Below, piece by piece: positions 1 through 8,389 of a stretch of 64,000 bases of DNA. Source of the stretch: Planctomycetota bacterium (lineage in GTDB: Bacteria; Planctomycetota; B15-G4); NCBI GenBank assembly GCA_038212275.1, contig JBBQUR010000008.1, positions 96,001-160,000 on the forward strand. Reading direction: 5' to 3'. Made by a program: the position numbers and the translations under genes. Within the stretch, counting starts at the first letter, position 1, and each line of letters opens with the position of its first letter. Below the pieces are notes generated by a model. It made no database searches. It saw only the letters and a list, made by a program, of their open reading frames with translations, and had not been told where the DNA came from.

Positions 1-700
1 CGACCTCGCCCGTGCCCACGCAGACTTCCTCGCCCCAGGCGCCCGGCTGGCGCGGCGCGCGCGCGTCCTTGACGTGCACCTGACGCACGTGCGGGCCCAG
101 CACCGAGAGCGCCTCGACCGGATCGCCCATGCCGTAGAGGAGCATGTTCGCCGGGTCGAAGTTCACGCCGACCGTCGGCCTGTCCAGTTCGGCGAGCACG
201 TCGAGCATCGTCTCGGCGCGCTCCTGGCCGGTCTCCAGCGCCAGCGCGACGTCGTGCCTGCCGAAGACGTCGGCGAGGGCGCGCAGACGGCCGAGCAGGA
301 CGGCGCGCAGAGGATCCCTGCGCTCGTGCGGCAGGAAGCCGGCGTGGAAGCTCACCAGCGGAAGGCGCAGGCGCCACGCCAGCGCGGCGCTCTCCGTCGC
401 GGCCGCGAGGTTTTCCTCCCAGTGTGCATCGACGCGCACGCCACCCGTCGCGGCGATGCTCGCGGGCGAGGTGTAGTCCTCGCCCTTCATGCCGATCATC
501 CCGGAGCGTGCCGAGAGGCCGGAGGCGGCCAGCGCGTGCACGCTGCGCGCCACGTCCCAGCGCCCGTCGCGCAGCGGATCGAGGGCGAGCTGCACGGATG
601 TCACGCCGCACTCGAAGACCTTCTGCGCCAGGTCCGCGGGCGAGGCCGCCTTGAGCGACCACGAGCACACGCCCAGCCGACGTTCGGGATGCTGCTTCAC
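1..700 (-). CDS. Sugar phosphate isomerase/epimerase (xylose isomerase-like TIM barrel, AP_endonuc_2 family); 3' end runs off the window
   Basis: Not in the ORF track. Hand translation from GTG at 700 gives MKQHPERRLGVCSWSL...FHAGFLP...LALETGQE...GVNFDPANMLLYG...QVHVKD...GEEVCVGTGEV, with the E, D, H-x-K-D metal-ligand pattern of the family. Confidence 0.85.
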   Translation of the reverse strand, partial: MKQHPERRLGVCSWSLKAASPADLAQKVFECGVTSVQLALDPLRDGRWDVARSVHALAASGLSARSGMIGMKGEDYTSPASIAATGGVRVDAHWEENLAAATESAALAWRLRLPLVSFHAGFLPHERRDPLRAVLLGRLRALADVFGRHDVALALETGQERAETMLDVLAELDRPTVGVNFDPANMLLYGMGDPVEALSVLGPHVRQVHVKDARAPRQPGAWGEEVCVGTGEV

Positions 701-734
701 GACGCGGCAGCATAACGCAGGGCCCCGCGCCGCC

Positions 735-793
735 CCGCACGTCGGCCGCACGTCGGCCGCAAGACGGCCGCAAGACGGCAGCACGACGGCCGC
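735..793. repeat. 11-bp tandem repeat, 5 degenerate copies (CCGCACGTCGG / CCGCAAGACGG)
   Basis: Units read directly at 735, 746, 757, 768 and 779. Confidence 0.85.
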
Positions 794-804
794 GCGCCAT
801 CGAC

Positions 805-1641
805 TCAGCCGGTGGCGGTGCCGGTGGTCACAGCTTCGGGACCGCCGGTGAATTCCTTGCGCTTGAGGACCCACGTCGCCAGCGCCAGGAAGACGACCTG
901 GTAGCCGAGCATCCACGCGAGCGAGGTGACCGCGCCGGTCGGCTCGACCTGCTGCATCGAGTGCACCTGCGGCATGAAGCCGTCCTGGCCGGTCATGAGC
1001 CAGATGAGGTTGCGCGAGTGGAAGGACAACGACAGGATCGAAAAGCCGAGCGGCATGCTGCCGATGAAGCCCTCGAAGAACAGCACGTAGCCCAGCGCAA
1101 TCATCACGGAGCGTCGCAGCGCGAGCCCGAGGAAGATGAACACCGCCGTGTAGCCCGCCATGACGAGCACCATGCCGACGAGCACGAGCAGCAGGTCGGG
1201 CAGGTAGTGGGCCAGCGCCCCCTCGTGCCGCGCCAGGCACAGCACGTAGAGAATGACGATGGCCGGCACGGCCAGCAGCAGCGCGCGCTGCAGGCACGCG
1301 AGCCAACGGCCGATGACCAGCGTCACGCGCGGCACGGGCAGACCGACGACGTAGTAGGCCGTGCCGCCTTCCCACTCGTCACCGAAGGCCGCCGTGCCCA
1401 GGAGGATGAGCGCCAGCGGCAGGATGATGCGCAGGTAGCTGTGGTCGAGCATGTCGACGAAGTGCGCGAAGCCGCTGCCGCGCTCGGCGCCCCAGATGAG
1501 CACCCCGGCCTGCACGAGCAACGGCAGCCCGAGCAGCAGGCTCATGGACAGCAGGCGCTTGCCGCGCAGCGCGCCGGTGCCGGTGCCTGACACGACGGCC
1601 GCGAGCGCGGACCATCCGGTGGGAAGTGCGGGGCGTGCCAT
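805..1641 (-). CDS. ABC-2-type transporter permease
   Basis: About 6 hydrophobic segments, an 'AFGDEWEGGTAYY...PVPR..LVIGRW' EAA-like loop, directly downstream of an ABC ATPase. Confidence 0.85.
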   Translation of the reverse strand: MARPALPTGWSALAAVVSGTGTGALRGKRLLSMSLLLGLPLLVQAGVLIWGAERGSGFAHFVDMLDHSYLRIILPLALILLGTAAFGDEWEGGTAYYVVGLPVPRVTLVIGRWLACLQRALLLAVPAIVILYVLCLARHEGALAHYLPDLLLVLVGMVLVMAGYTAVFIFLGLALRRSVMIALGYVLFFEGFIGSMPLGFSILSLSFHSRNLIWLMTGQDGFMPQVHSMQQVEPTGAVTSLAWMLGYQVVFLALATWVLKRKEFTGGPEAVTTGTATG

Positions 1642-1655
1642 GTCAGGTCACCATC

Positions 1656-2639
1656 TCAGTTGACGAGGTACGCGAAGACGGAGGAGAGATCCTCGTCCAG
1701 CGGTTCCACGGCGGTGATGTCGATGCGGCCGTCGGCGGCCAGTTCGGCCAGCAGCGTGCACATGCGGTCCGGGCGCAGCGTCTCGAGCACGACGCCGTCG
1801 TCCGCCAGCGTGAGGCCGGCGAGGAGGCCCTCGTGCGCAAGGAGCTGGCCGGCCAGTTCGCGCGGGCGGCTCGTCATCACGCGGATGCGGCGGGCATACT
1901 TGTCGAGCAGGTCGCGGATGTCGGGCACCGTGCCCTCGGCCAGCACCTGCCCGTGGTGCAGCAGGATGATGCCGTTGGTCATGGCCTCGATCTCGTGCAG
2001 CACGTGCGACGAGACCACCACCGTGACGCCCTCGTCGCCCAGCTCGCGCACGACGCGGATGAAGTCGCGACGCATGACCGGATCGAGGCCGGTGAGCGGC
2101 TCATCGAGCACGAGCACGTCGGGGTCGTGCAGCAGCGCCTGCGCGAGCTTCAGGCGCTGGCGCATGCCCTTGCTGAAGGCGCCCGTGCGGCGGTCGATCG
2201 CGGCCGTCATGCCCACGCGCTCGACGACCTCGATGACGCGCCGCCCCGCCGCCTCCCGCGTAAAGCCGCGCTGACGCGCCTGGTCCGTGAGGAAGCGCCG
2301 CAGTGTCAATTCCTCGTACAGGCCGTCGCCATCCGGCACGTAGCCGATGCGCGCGAGCACCGACAGGTTGTTCCGCACGGGCTGGCCGTCCACGAGCACC
2401 GTGCCGTCACCGGGAGTCGCGAGGCCCGTGATGAGCCGGATGAGCGTGGACTTCCCTGCGCCATTGGGCCCGAGCAGTCCGGTGACGCCCGGGCCGATGA
2501 CGAGGTCCACCGCATCCAGAGCCAGCACGTCGCCATACCAGCGCGACACCTTGCTCATGCGCAGCTCGCACGGCGTGCGGCGGCCGTGCGTCGCGGCGCC
2601 CTGGCCGCTGCCCGCGCGCGGATCCAGCGTGGCCGTCAT
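1656..2639 (-). CDS. ABC transporter ATP-binding protein
   Basis: Walker A GPNGAGKST, signature FSKGMRQR, Walker B VLVLDEP, H-loop SSH; ATG 2639 overlaps the upstream stop (ATGA). Confidence 0.93.
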   Translation of the reverse strand: MTATLDPRAGSGQGAATHGRRTPCELRMSKVSRWYGDVLALDAVDLVIGPGVTGLLGPNGAGKSTLIRLITGLATPGDGTVLVDGQPVRNNLSVLARIGYVPDGDGLYEELTLRRFLTDQARQRGFTREAAGRRVIEVVERVGMTAAIDRRTGAFSKGMRQRLKLAQALLHDPDVLVLDEPLTGLDPVMRRDFIRVVRELGDEGVTVVVSSHVLHEIEAMTNGIILLHHGQVLAEGTVPDIRDLLDKYARRIRVMTSRPRELAGQLLAHEGLLAGLTLADDGVVLETLRPDRMCTLLAELAADGRIDITAVEPLDEDLSSVFAYLVN

Positions 2640-3559
2640 GCGACCACCTCCACCGGCTTCACGCGCGAGATCATGATTCGGACGCAGATCAGGCTCCAGA
2701 CGAGGAGCGCCAGGGCGGAGACCCACACCGGCACCGTCGTGTTGAAGTGGTCGCTCGAGTCGCCCAGCAGCCAGGCGCCGAGCTGGCGGATGTTCCAGCC
2801 GATCTGCAGCAGGTGGTAGCGGTCGTCGCGGAAGATCTCGAGGAGGATGTTCGACACCACGAACTCCAGCGTGACCACCACGGCCATGAACAGGATGGCG
2901 GCGTTGCGCGCCTTCTCCGTGAGGCTGCTGGCCGCCACGATGAGGAGCGACGGCACGACGATCCAGACCGCGCCGGCCGCCAGCGTGCGCAGCACCATGA
3001 TCAGCAGGCGCCCCATCTCGCCGAAGTCGCCCCACGAGAGCGCGATCTGCTCCAGAATGAGCAGGAGCGTGGGCGCCAGCGTCACCGCCGCGATGAAGGT
3101 CGCGATGGTGGCCAGCTTGCCCAGCAGATACTGGCGCACGGTGACGGGCCGCGACAGGTACAGCTCCAGCGCATTGGCGCGCTTGTCCTCCGCGATGAGC
3201 CCTGCGCCCAGCAGCACGCACGTGAGCAGCACGAACGGCCACTGCACCAGATACAGGTAGATCCAGACGTTCTCGGCGTTCACCGAGGTCATCTGCCGGG
3301 CCTCGCTGCCCTGCATGAAATCGGCGGCGGATTGGAACTGTGCTGCATTGGTCAGCACGTAGAACTGCACGAGCAGGAAGCAGAACGCGAAGACGAAGGG
3401 GCCGAAGGCAATCAAAATGAGCAGCACCGCCGGGACCTTGCGGCGGAACAGCGTGGCCACGCCGCGACGCAGCCCGGCCTGCAGGATGACGGCGAGTCCC
3501 GGCACCGGCGCGTCGCGCTCGCCCTTCCAGCGCGCATAGCTGCGGTCGTGGATCACCAT
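2636..3559 (-). CDS. ABC transporter permease
   Basis: Multiple TM segments and 'GAGLIAEDKRANALELYLSRPVT..QYLLGK' motif; start MVIHDRSY. Confidence 0.88.
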   Translation of the reverse strand: MVIHDRSYARWKGERDAPVPGLAVILQAGLRRGVATLFRRKVPAVLLILIAFGPFVFAFCFLLVQFYVLTNAAQFQSAADFMQGSEARQMTSVNAENVWIYLYLVQWPFVLLTCVLLGAGLIAEDKRANALELYLSRPVTVRQYLLGKLATIATFIAAVTLAPTLLLILEQIALSWGDFGEMGRLLIMVLRTLAAGAVWIVVPSLLIVAASSLTEKARNAAILFMAVVVTLEFVVSNILLEIFRDDRYHLLQIGWNIRQLGAWLLGDSSDHFNTTVPVWVSALALLVWSLICVRIMISRVKPVEVVA

Positions 3560-3570
3560 GCGAGCCGCCC

Positions 3571-3677
3571 CGCGCACGTCATCGCGCACGTCATCGCGCA
3601 CTCCATCGCATGCTCCGTCGCACGCTTCATCGCACGCTTCATCGCACGCTTCGTCGCATGCTTCATCGCACGCCTCC
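3571..3677. repeat. 12-bp tandem repeat, about 9 copies (consensus CGCACGCTTCAT), spanning the ATPase stop and the intergenic gap
   Basis: Units at 3571, 3583, 3595, 3607, 3619, 3631, 3643, 3655 and 3667 read directly. Confidence 0.9.
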
Positions 3678-4661
3678 GAGCACGTCGATGAGGGCGTCTT
3701 CCAGCGAGACGCGGGAGGGACGCAGCATGCGCACCACGACGCCTGCGGACAGCGCGGCCGCGAAGACGGTGGCGGTCTCGCCTTCGCGGGCGAGGCGCAG
3801 CTCGAAGTCGCGATCCTTCTCGGTGATCACGGCCAGGCCGCGCGACTCGCAAGCCGCGCGAAATGCCGCCGGATCGCCGCCGATGCGCACGCTGCACGCG
3901 TCGGGAGAGCCGTGCGCGAGCTTCGAGAGCGTCTCGTGCCGCACGACCTTGCCGCCCTGCATGACCACCACCGCGTTGCAGACCTCCTCGACGTCGCGCA
4001 GCAGGTGGCTCGAGAGCAGCACGTGAATGCCCTTCTCGCGCGCGAGCAGCCGGATGAGATCGAGCATCTCGATGCGGCCCTTGGGATCGAGGCCGTTGGT
4101 CGGCTCGTCGAGGAACACCAGGTCCGGGTCGTGCACGAGCGCCTGCGCGAGCTTCACGCGCTGCTTCATGCCCGTGCTGTACGTGGCGACGTCGCGGTAA
4201 CGCGCCTCTTCGAGGCCCGCGAAGAGCAGGACCTCGTGCGCGCGGCGGCGCGCGTCGGCGTCGGGCATGCCGGCGAGGCGCCCCGAATACCACGTCGCCT
4301 GGAAGCCGGTGAGGCCGGGGAAGGCCGCATCGCGCTCCGGCATGTAGCCGATGCGGCGGCGCAGGCGACCGTCCGGCTGGCCGATGGCCTGCCCGAGCAC
4401 GCGGCCGCTGCCGGAGCTGGCGTGCAGCAGGCCCAGGAGCGTCTTGATGAGAGTGCTCTTGCCCGCGCCGTTGGGGCCCAGCAGTCCCACGGCGCCGCCG
4501 CCAACGGTCACCGTCACGTTCTCGAGTGCGAGGCGCTCGCCGTACTTCACGCTCAGGCCGTTCAGCTCGATGATCGGCGGACCGGCGGCCGAAGTCGCCT
4601 CCGCGAGCGCCGTCGCCGCAGCCTGCGCGGACGTCACGGACTTCATCGGGGCGTCGCTCAT
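3663..4661 (-). CDS. ABC transporter ATP-binding protein
   Basis: Walker A GPNGAGKST, signature YSTGMKQR, Walker B VFLDEP, SSH; ATG 4661 overlaps the upstream stop. Confidence 0.93.
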   Translation of the reverse strand: MSDAPMKSVTSAQAAATALAEATSAAGPPIIELNGLSVKYGERLALENVTVTVGGGAVGLLGPNGAGKSTLIKTLLGLLHASSGSGRVLGQAIGQPDGRLRRRIGYMPERDAAFPGLTGFQATWYSGRLAGMPDADARRRAHEVLLFAGLEEARYRDVATYSTGMKQRVKLAQALVHDPDLVFLDEPTNGLDPKGRIEMLDLIRLLAREKGIHVLLSSHLLRDVEEVCNAVVVMQGGKVVRHETLSKLAHGSPDACSVRIGGDPAAFRAACESRGLAVITEKDRDFELRLAREGETATVFAAALSAGVVVRMLRPSRVSLEDALIDVLGGVR

Positions 4662-4966
4662 GGACGGCCTTGTTCGGAATTGCCGCCCGCCGCTTTCACG
4701 GAGGCGCCCGTCGGACGCGCGCGCAGCAGCGCCCACACGCTGGCCGCGCTCCAGAAACCCTCGAGCGCGACGAACACCGGCTCGTGGATCACTGCCGAGT
4801 ATGCCGCGAGGAGGCCGGCGCCCAGAGCGTTCGCGCCGAGGTAGCGGCGGCTGCGGGCCTCGCAGCGGCCGACCTGGTTGGTCAGGTAAGCCGACACGAG
4901 CATGAGGAAGCCGGCCACCGAGACGGCGCGCCAGATCAGGCCGGGTTCCTCGGGCAAGTGCCGCAC
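4658..4966 (-). CDS. Small membrane protein (CBU_0592-like, about 3 TM)
   Basis: 102 aa hydrophobic ORF with 'AY...Q.G......YL..N.LG..LL......PVF..LE.FW' pattern; coupled to the ABC operon by ATGA. Confidence 0.7.
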   Translation of the reverse strand: MRHLPEEPGLIWRAVSVAGFLMLVSAYLTNQVGRCEARSRRYLGANALGAGLLAAYSAVIHEPVFVALEGFWSAASVWALLRARPTGASVKAAGGNSEQGRP

Positions 4967-5062
4967 CTCCGCAACCGCCCGACGGCTCGTCGAGGGCGCG
5001 GGCAGTCTAGCGGCGCAGGCTCGCGGTCTCCATCACGCACTCGTCCTGTTCCGTGGCCCGCC

Positions 5063-5098
5063 CATGTCGGCATGTCGGCATGTCGGCATGTCGGCATG
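5063..5098. repeat. 8-bp simple sequence repeat (CATGTCGG) x4.5 in a divergent intergenic region
   Basis: Perfect copies at 5063, 5071, 5079 and 5087, plus CATG. Confidence 0.92.
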
Positions 5099-5177
5099 CG
5101 GGCAGCGGCTTGTCGCCTCGAGCGCGAAGCCGGCGGCGGTGCGTGCAAGGGTGCCCGGCGGATGGCACGCTCGCAGG

Positions 5178-6338
5178 ATGGGCGGACCGGAGCCGATCCC
5201 CTTTCACGTGAGCGACCTCGGAGCCGAGGAGATCGCCGCCGCGACGGCATGCCTCGCCGGCGGGCTGCTCGGCGGGGACGGGCCGCTGGGCAGGCAGGTC
5301 GAGGCCGCGCTCGCCTCGCTGACCGGCAGCCGGCACGTCCTGCTCCTGACCTCCGCCACCCATGCGCTCGAGCTGGCTCTCATGGCGCTCGAGATCCGCC
5401 CCGGGGACGAGGTCATCCTGCCGTCCTTCACCTTTCCGTCGGCCGCCAACTGCATCCTGGCGCGCGGCGCGCGGCCGGTGTTCGCGGACGTGCGGCCCGA
5501 CACGCTGGAGCTGGACAGCGCCGATGTGCAGCGCGTGCTGAGCCCGCGCACGGCCGCCGTGCTCCCGGTGGACTACGGCGGCACGGGCACCGACCTGCAC
5601 GCCCTGCGGGCCGTGCTCGACGCGCACGGGGCGCCGCGCCGCATCGTCGTCGTGGAGGACGCCGCGCAGGGCATCGACAGCAGGCGCGGAGGCGTGCACG
5701 TCGGCACGGGCGCGGACTGCGGCGCGCTCTCCTTCCACGCCACCAAGAACATCTCGTGCGGCGAGGGCGGCGCGCTGCTCGTGCAGGACGACGCGCTGCA
5801 CCGCCGCGCGGAGATCATGCGCGAGAAGGGCACCAATCGTGCGGCCTTCCTGCGCGGCGAGGTGCCTCGCTACGAGTGGATCGCGCACGGCAGCAGCTAC
5901 GTGCTCTCCGACCTGCTGGCGGCCGTGCTGCTCGCACAGCTCCGCAAGCTGCCCGTGCTGACGGCCGCGCGGCGCGCGATGGCCGCCCGCTACGACGAGG
6001 CCTTCGCCGGGCTGTTCGCGCGCGGCGTGCTGCGGCCCCTGGCCACGCCGCGCGACGCCGTGCCCAACGCGCACCTCTACGCGCTGCGCACCCGGAATGC
6101 CGGGGCGCAGGTCTCGCTGCGCCGCCACCTCGCGGCCCGCGGCATCGCCGCGCCCTTCCACTTCGTGCCGCTGCACACGACCGACTTCGCGCGGCGCACC
6201 CTCGGCGCCCCCCGCCACCTGCCCGTGACCGACGATGCCTGGGCCACGCTGCTGCGCCTGCCGCTGTATCCGCAGCTCGCCGCGGCCGGACAACTGCGCA
6301 TCGTGGAGGCCGTCCAGGACTGGGCGCGGCAGCCATGA
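5178..6338 (+). CDS. wecE: dTDP-4-amino-4,6-dideoxygalactose transaminase (DegT/DnrJ/EryC1/StrS family)
   Basis: EDAAQG, PLP-lysine motif SFHATKNISCGEGG, and the WecE/RffA-type 'AEIMREKGTNRAAFLRGEV..Y.W...GSSY' segment. Confidence 0.88.
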   Translation: MGGPEPIPFHVSDLGAEEIAAATACLAGGLLGGDGPLGRQVEAALASLTGSRHVLLLTSATHALELALMALEIRPGDEVILPSFTFPSAANCILARGARPVFADVRPDTLELDSADVQRVLSPRTAAVLPVDYGGTGTDLHALRAVLDAHGAPRRIVVVEDAAQGIDSRRGGVHVGTGADCGALSFHATKNISCGEGGALLVQDDALHRRAEIMREKGTNRAAFLRGEVPRYEWIAHGSSYVLSDLLAAVLLAQLRKLPVLTAARRAMAARYDEAFAGLFARGVLRPLATPRDAVPNAHLYALRTRNAGAQVSLRRHLAARGIAAPFHFVPLHTTDFARRTLGAPRHLPVTDDAWATLLRLPLYPQLAAAGQLRIVEAVQDWARQP

Positions 6339-6456
6339 CGAGACGATCCGGCCGGCGGACGAAGCGCTCTCCCCGACTTTCGAGCCGGCACGGAGTGCGC
6401 TTAGGATGTGCGCCGCGCGGGTCGCACCGAGCTCCGCAGGGCGCAGCATCGGACCA

Positions 6457-6502
6457 GCGACCTAGCGACCTAGCGACCTAGCGACTTGGCGACTTGGCGA
6501 CC
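6457..6502. repeat. 8-bp tandem repeat (GCGACCTA)x3-(GCGACTTG)x2-GCGACC upstream of the lipoprotein gene
   Basis: Read directly; flanked by CATCGGACC at 6447-6455 and 6511-6519. Confidence 0.85.
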
Positions 6503-6565
6503 CGGCGGACCATCGGACCGGCGGCCCGACCCGCAACCCACCTCCCGCAGGCACGAGGATCAAGC

Positions 6566-7771
6566 ATGAGTCACGTTGAGCGCACGCGTCGTCGTCACAC
6601 CGCTGGACTGCGCGTGTTTGCGCTGGCCAGCCTGCTCGGTTTTCTGGCGGGGTGCGTGGGCAGCGCGGACGGATTCCTCGGCACGCTCAGCCCGGACCTC
6701 CACGTCGAGCTGCTGAGCATCTCATCCAAGACCATCCCGGGCGGGCTCGAGGACGACGGCGACCTCAAGGACGTGAAGCTCTCGGACCGGTCGAGCTTCA
6801 AGCCGAGCAAGGGCGCCACGTCGGGCGTCGACAAGCGGCTGCGCATGAAGAGCAAGCGCGACGCCGGTGCGGCATGTTTCGTTTCCGAACGCGAGACCAC
6901 GGGCAACGTCTCGTCGCGCGTGCGCGTGGCGTTCGACTCGATCTAGGGACTGGTCGACGGCCAGTCGCTCGGCTTTCTCGAGCGGCGGCCGATGCCACAG
7001 GGCGAGGAGCCCGTGCTGCGCGTCGAAGCGGTCGTCAACCTCGGCATCGACGGATTCATCATCCGCTACCGCGAGAACGGCGTGCAGGTAGGCGAGGACG
7101 CGGAGCTGCCGGAATCGCACGATGTGCAGCTCTTCCTCGAGGACCTCGGCGCCTCGATCGTCGCCAGGGGAGCCCGCGCGAGCGGCGACGGGCTGGATGA
7201 CTACACCGACACCATCTCGTTTCCCGCCCACGACCAGACCGGCGGTGACGAAGCCTCCGTCGTGGCCTTCGGCAGCACGGGCCTCGGAAAGTCCGGCGCG
7301 CTCTACTTCGATCAGTTCGTGCTGTCCTTCGACGACGCCGTGCACGCTGGCGAAACCGAAGGAGAGATCATGGGAAAGCTCACGGTGGCCTGGGTGAACC
7401 TCCAGTACGCGATCACGATGGTGCCGTTCGGCCTCGCTGCGAAGGATTCCGTGGTGAGCCTCTGCTTCGGATCCTCCTCGCCGATCTCCCAGGCCGAGGA
7501 CCTGCTGAACGAAGGGAACGAGAACCACACGCTGGCGGCGACGACCAATGTCCCCGCCGTGCACAAGAACTTCTGGGAATCTCTGTCGTCCATCGTCGAC
7601 GTCATCAACATCCTCACGGCGCCGGACGTGTCCGAAGCGAGCTTCAAGAAGGTCGGCAAGAGCCTGCAGCACGCACTCGATCATGTCGAGCTCGCCATCG
7701 GCCAGGTCAATGGCCTCAAGGTCACCAGCCACTCGAAGCTCAACAAGACGGCGACCTTCACGATGGAGTGA
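6566..7771 (+). pseudogene. Putative lipoprotein of unknown function (about 401 codons) interrupted by one in-frame TAG at 6944-6946
   Basis: ATG 6566 with GAGG upstream; basic n-region, hydrophobic stretch and lipobox LAGC. ORFs 6494-6946 and 6992-7771 share one frame, separated only by the TAG, with coding-like GC3 on both sides. Confidence 0.65.
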
Positions 7772-7839
7772 GGCGCTCCGCGGGCGCCACGTGCCCCGTG
7801 GTTTGACCCGGCTCGACCGGGCTTCCCGCGACAGGAGAC

Positions 7840-8328
7840 ATGGACGTGACGGCAAGCAACGACTCCTCGGCCGAACCGCGCCGCGACTTCCTGCGGCGCG
7901 GCGTGCAGCTCGGCGCGCTCGCCGCCGCAGCGGCGCTGGCCGGCTCCGCACCCGCCTGCGCCCTGTTCCTCAAGCAGGCGAAGCCTGACGCGACACTGGC
8001 GCCGGCGCCGGAGGGCGACCGCGTGCGCGTGCCTGCCGGGTTGCTTCCCTGGAACACCGGGCGGCCCGCCCTGGTGATCGCCGTGACCGGGCGCGACGGC
8101 AAGCTGCTGCTCTTCCGCACCGCGGATGGCGAGACGCTGGCACTGGACATGACCTGCACGCACCTCGGCTGCGACGTCGGACTCGACCTGCCGGACCGCA
8201 AGCTCGTCTGCCCCTGCCACGGCAGCGAGTACGACCTGCACGGCGGCAACCTGAAGGGCCCGGCCGACGAGCCGCTCGCGCAGCACGCCGTCACGCAGGA
8301 CGGCGCCGACGTGCTCATCGCGCTGTAG
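7840..8328 (+). CDS. Tat-exported Rieske [2Fe-2S] protein
   Basis: Twin-arginine PRRDFLRR; Rieske motifs CTHLGC and CPCHGS; AGGAG SD. Confidence 0.92.
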   Translation: MDVTASNDSSAEPRRDFLRRGVQLGALAAAAALAGSAPACALFLKQAKPDATLAPAPEGDRVRVPAGLLPWNTGRPALVIAVTGRDGKLLLFRTADGETLALDMTCTHLGCDVGLDLPDRKLVCPCHGSEYDLHGGNLKGPADEPLAQHAVTQDGADVLIAL

Positions 8329-8389
8329 GCAGGGCCGCGCGGAGGCAGCCGCACCACGGGGCTGGCACCGGCCGCGCCGCCCCGCGATC

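Noticed and set aside
6944..6946. Genome-wide TAG reassignment
   Set aside because: thiS (which must end in GG), eno and the Rieske gene end at TAG at their expected C-termini
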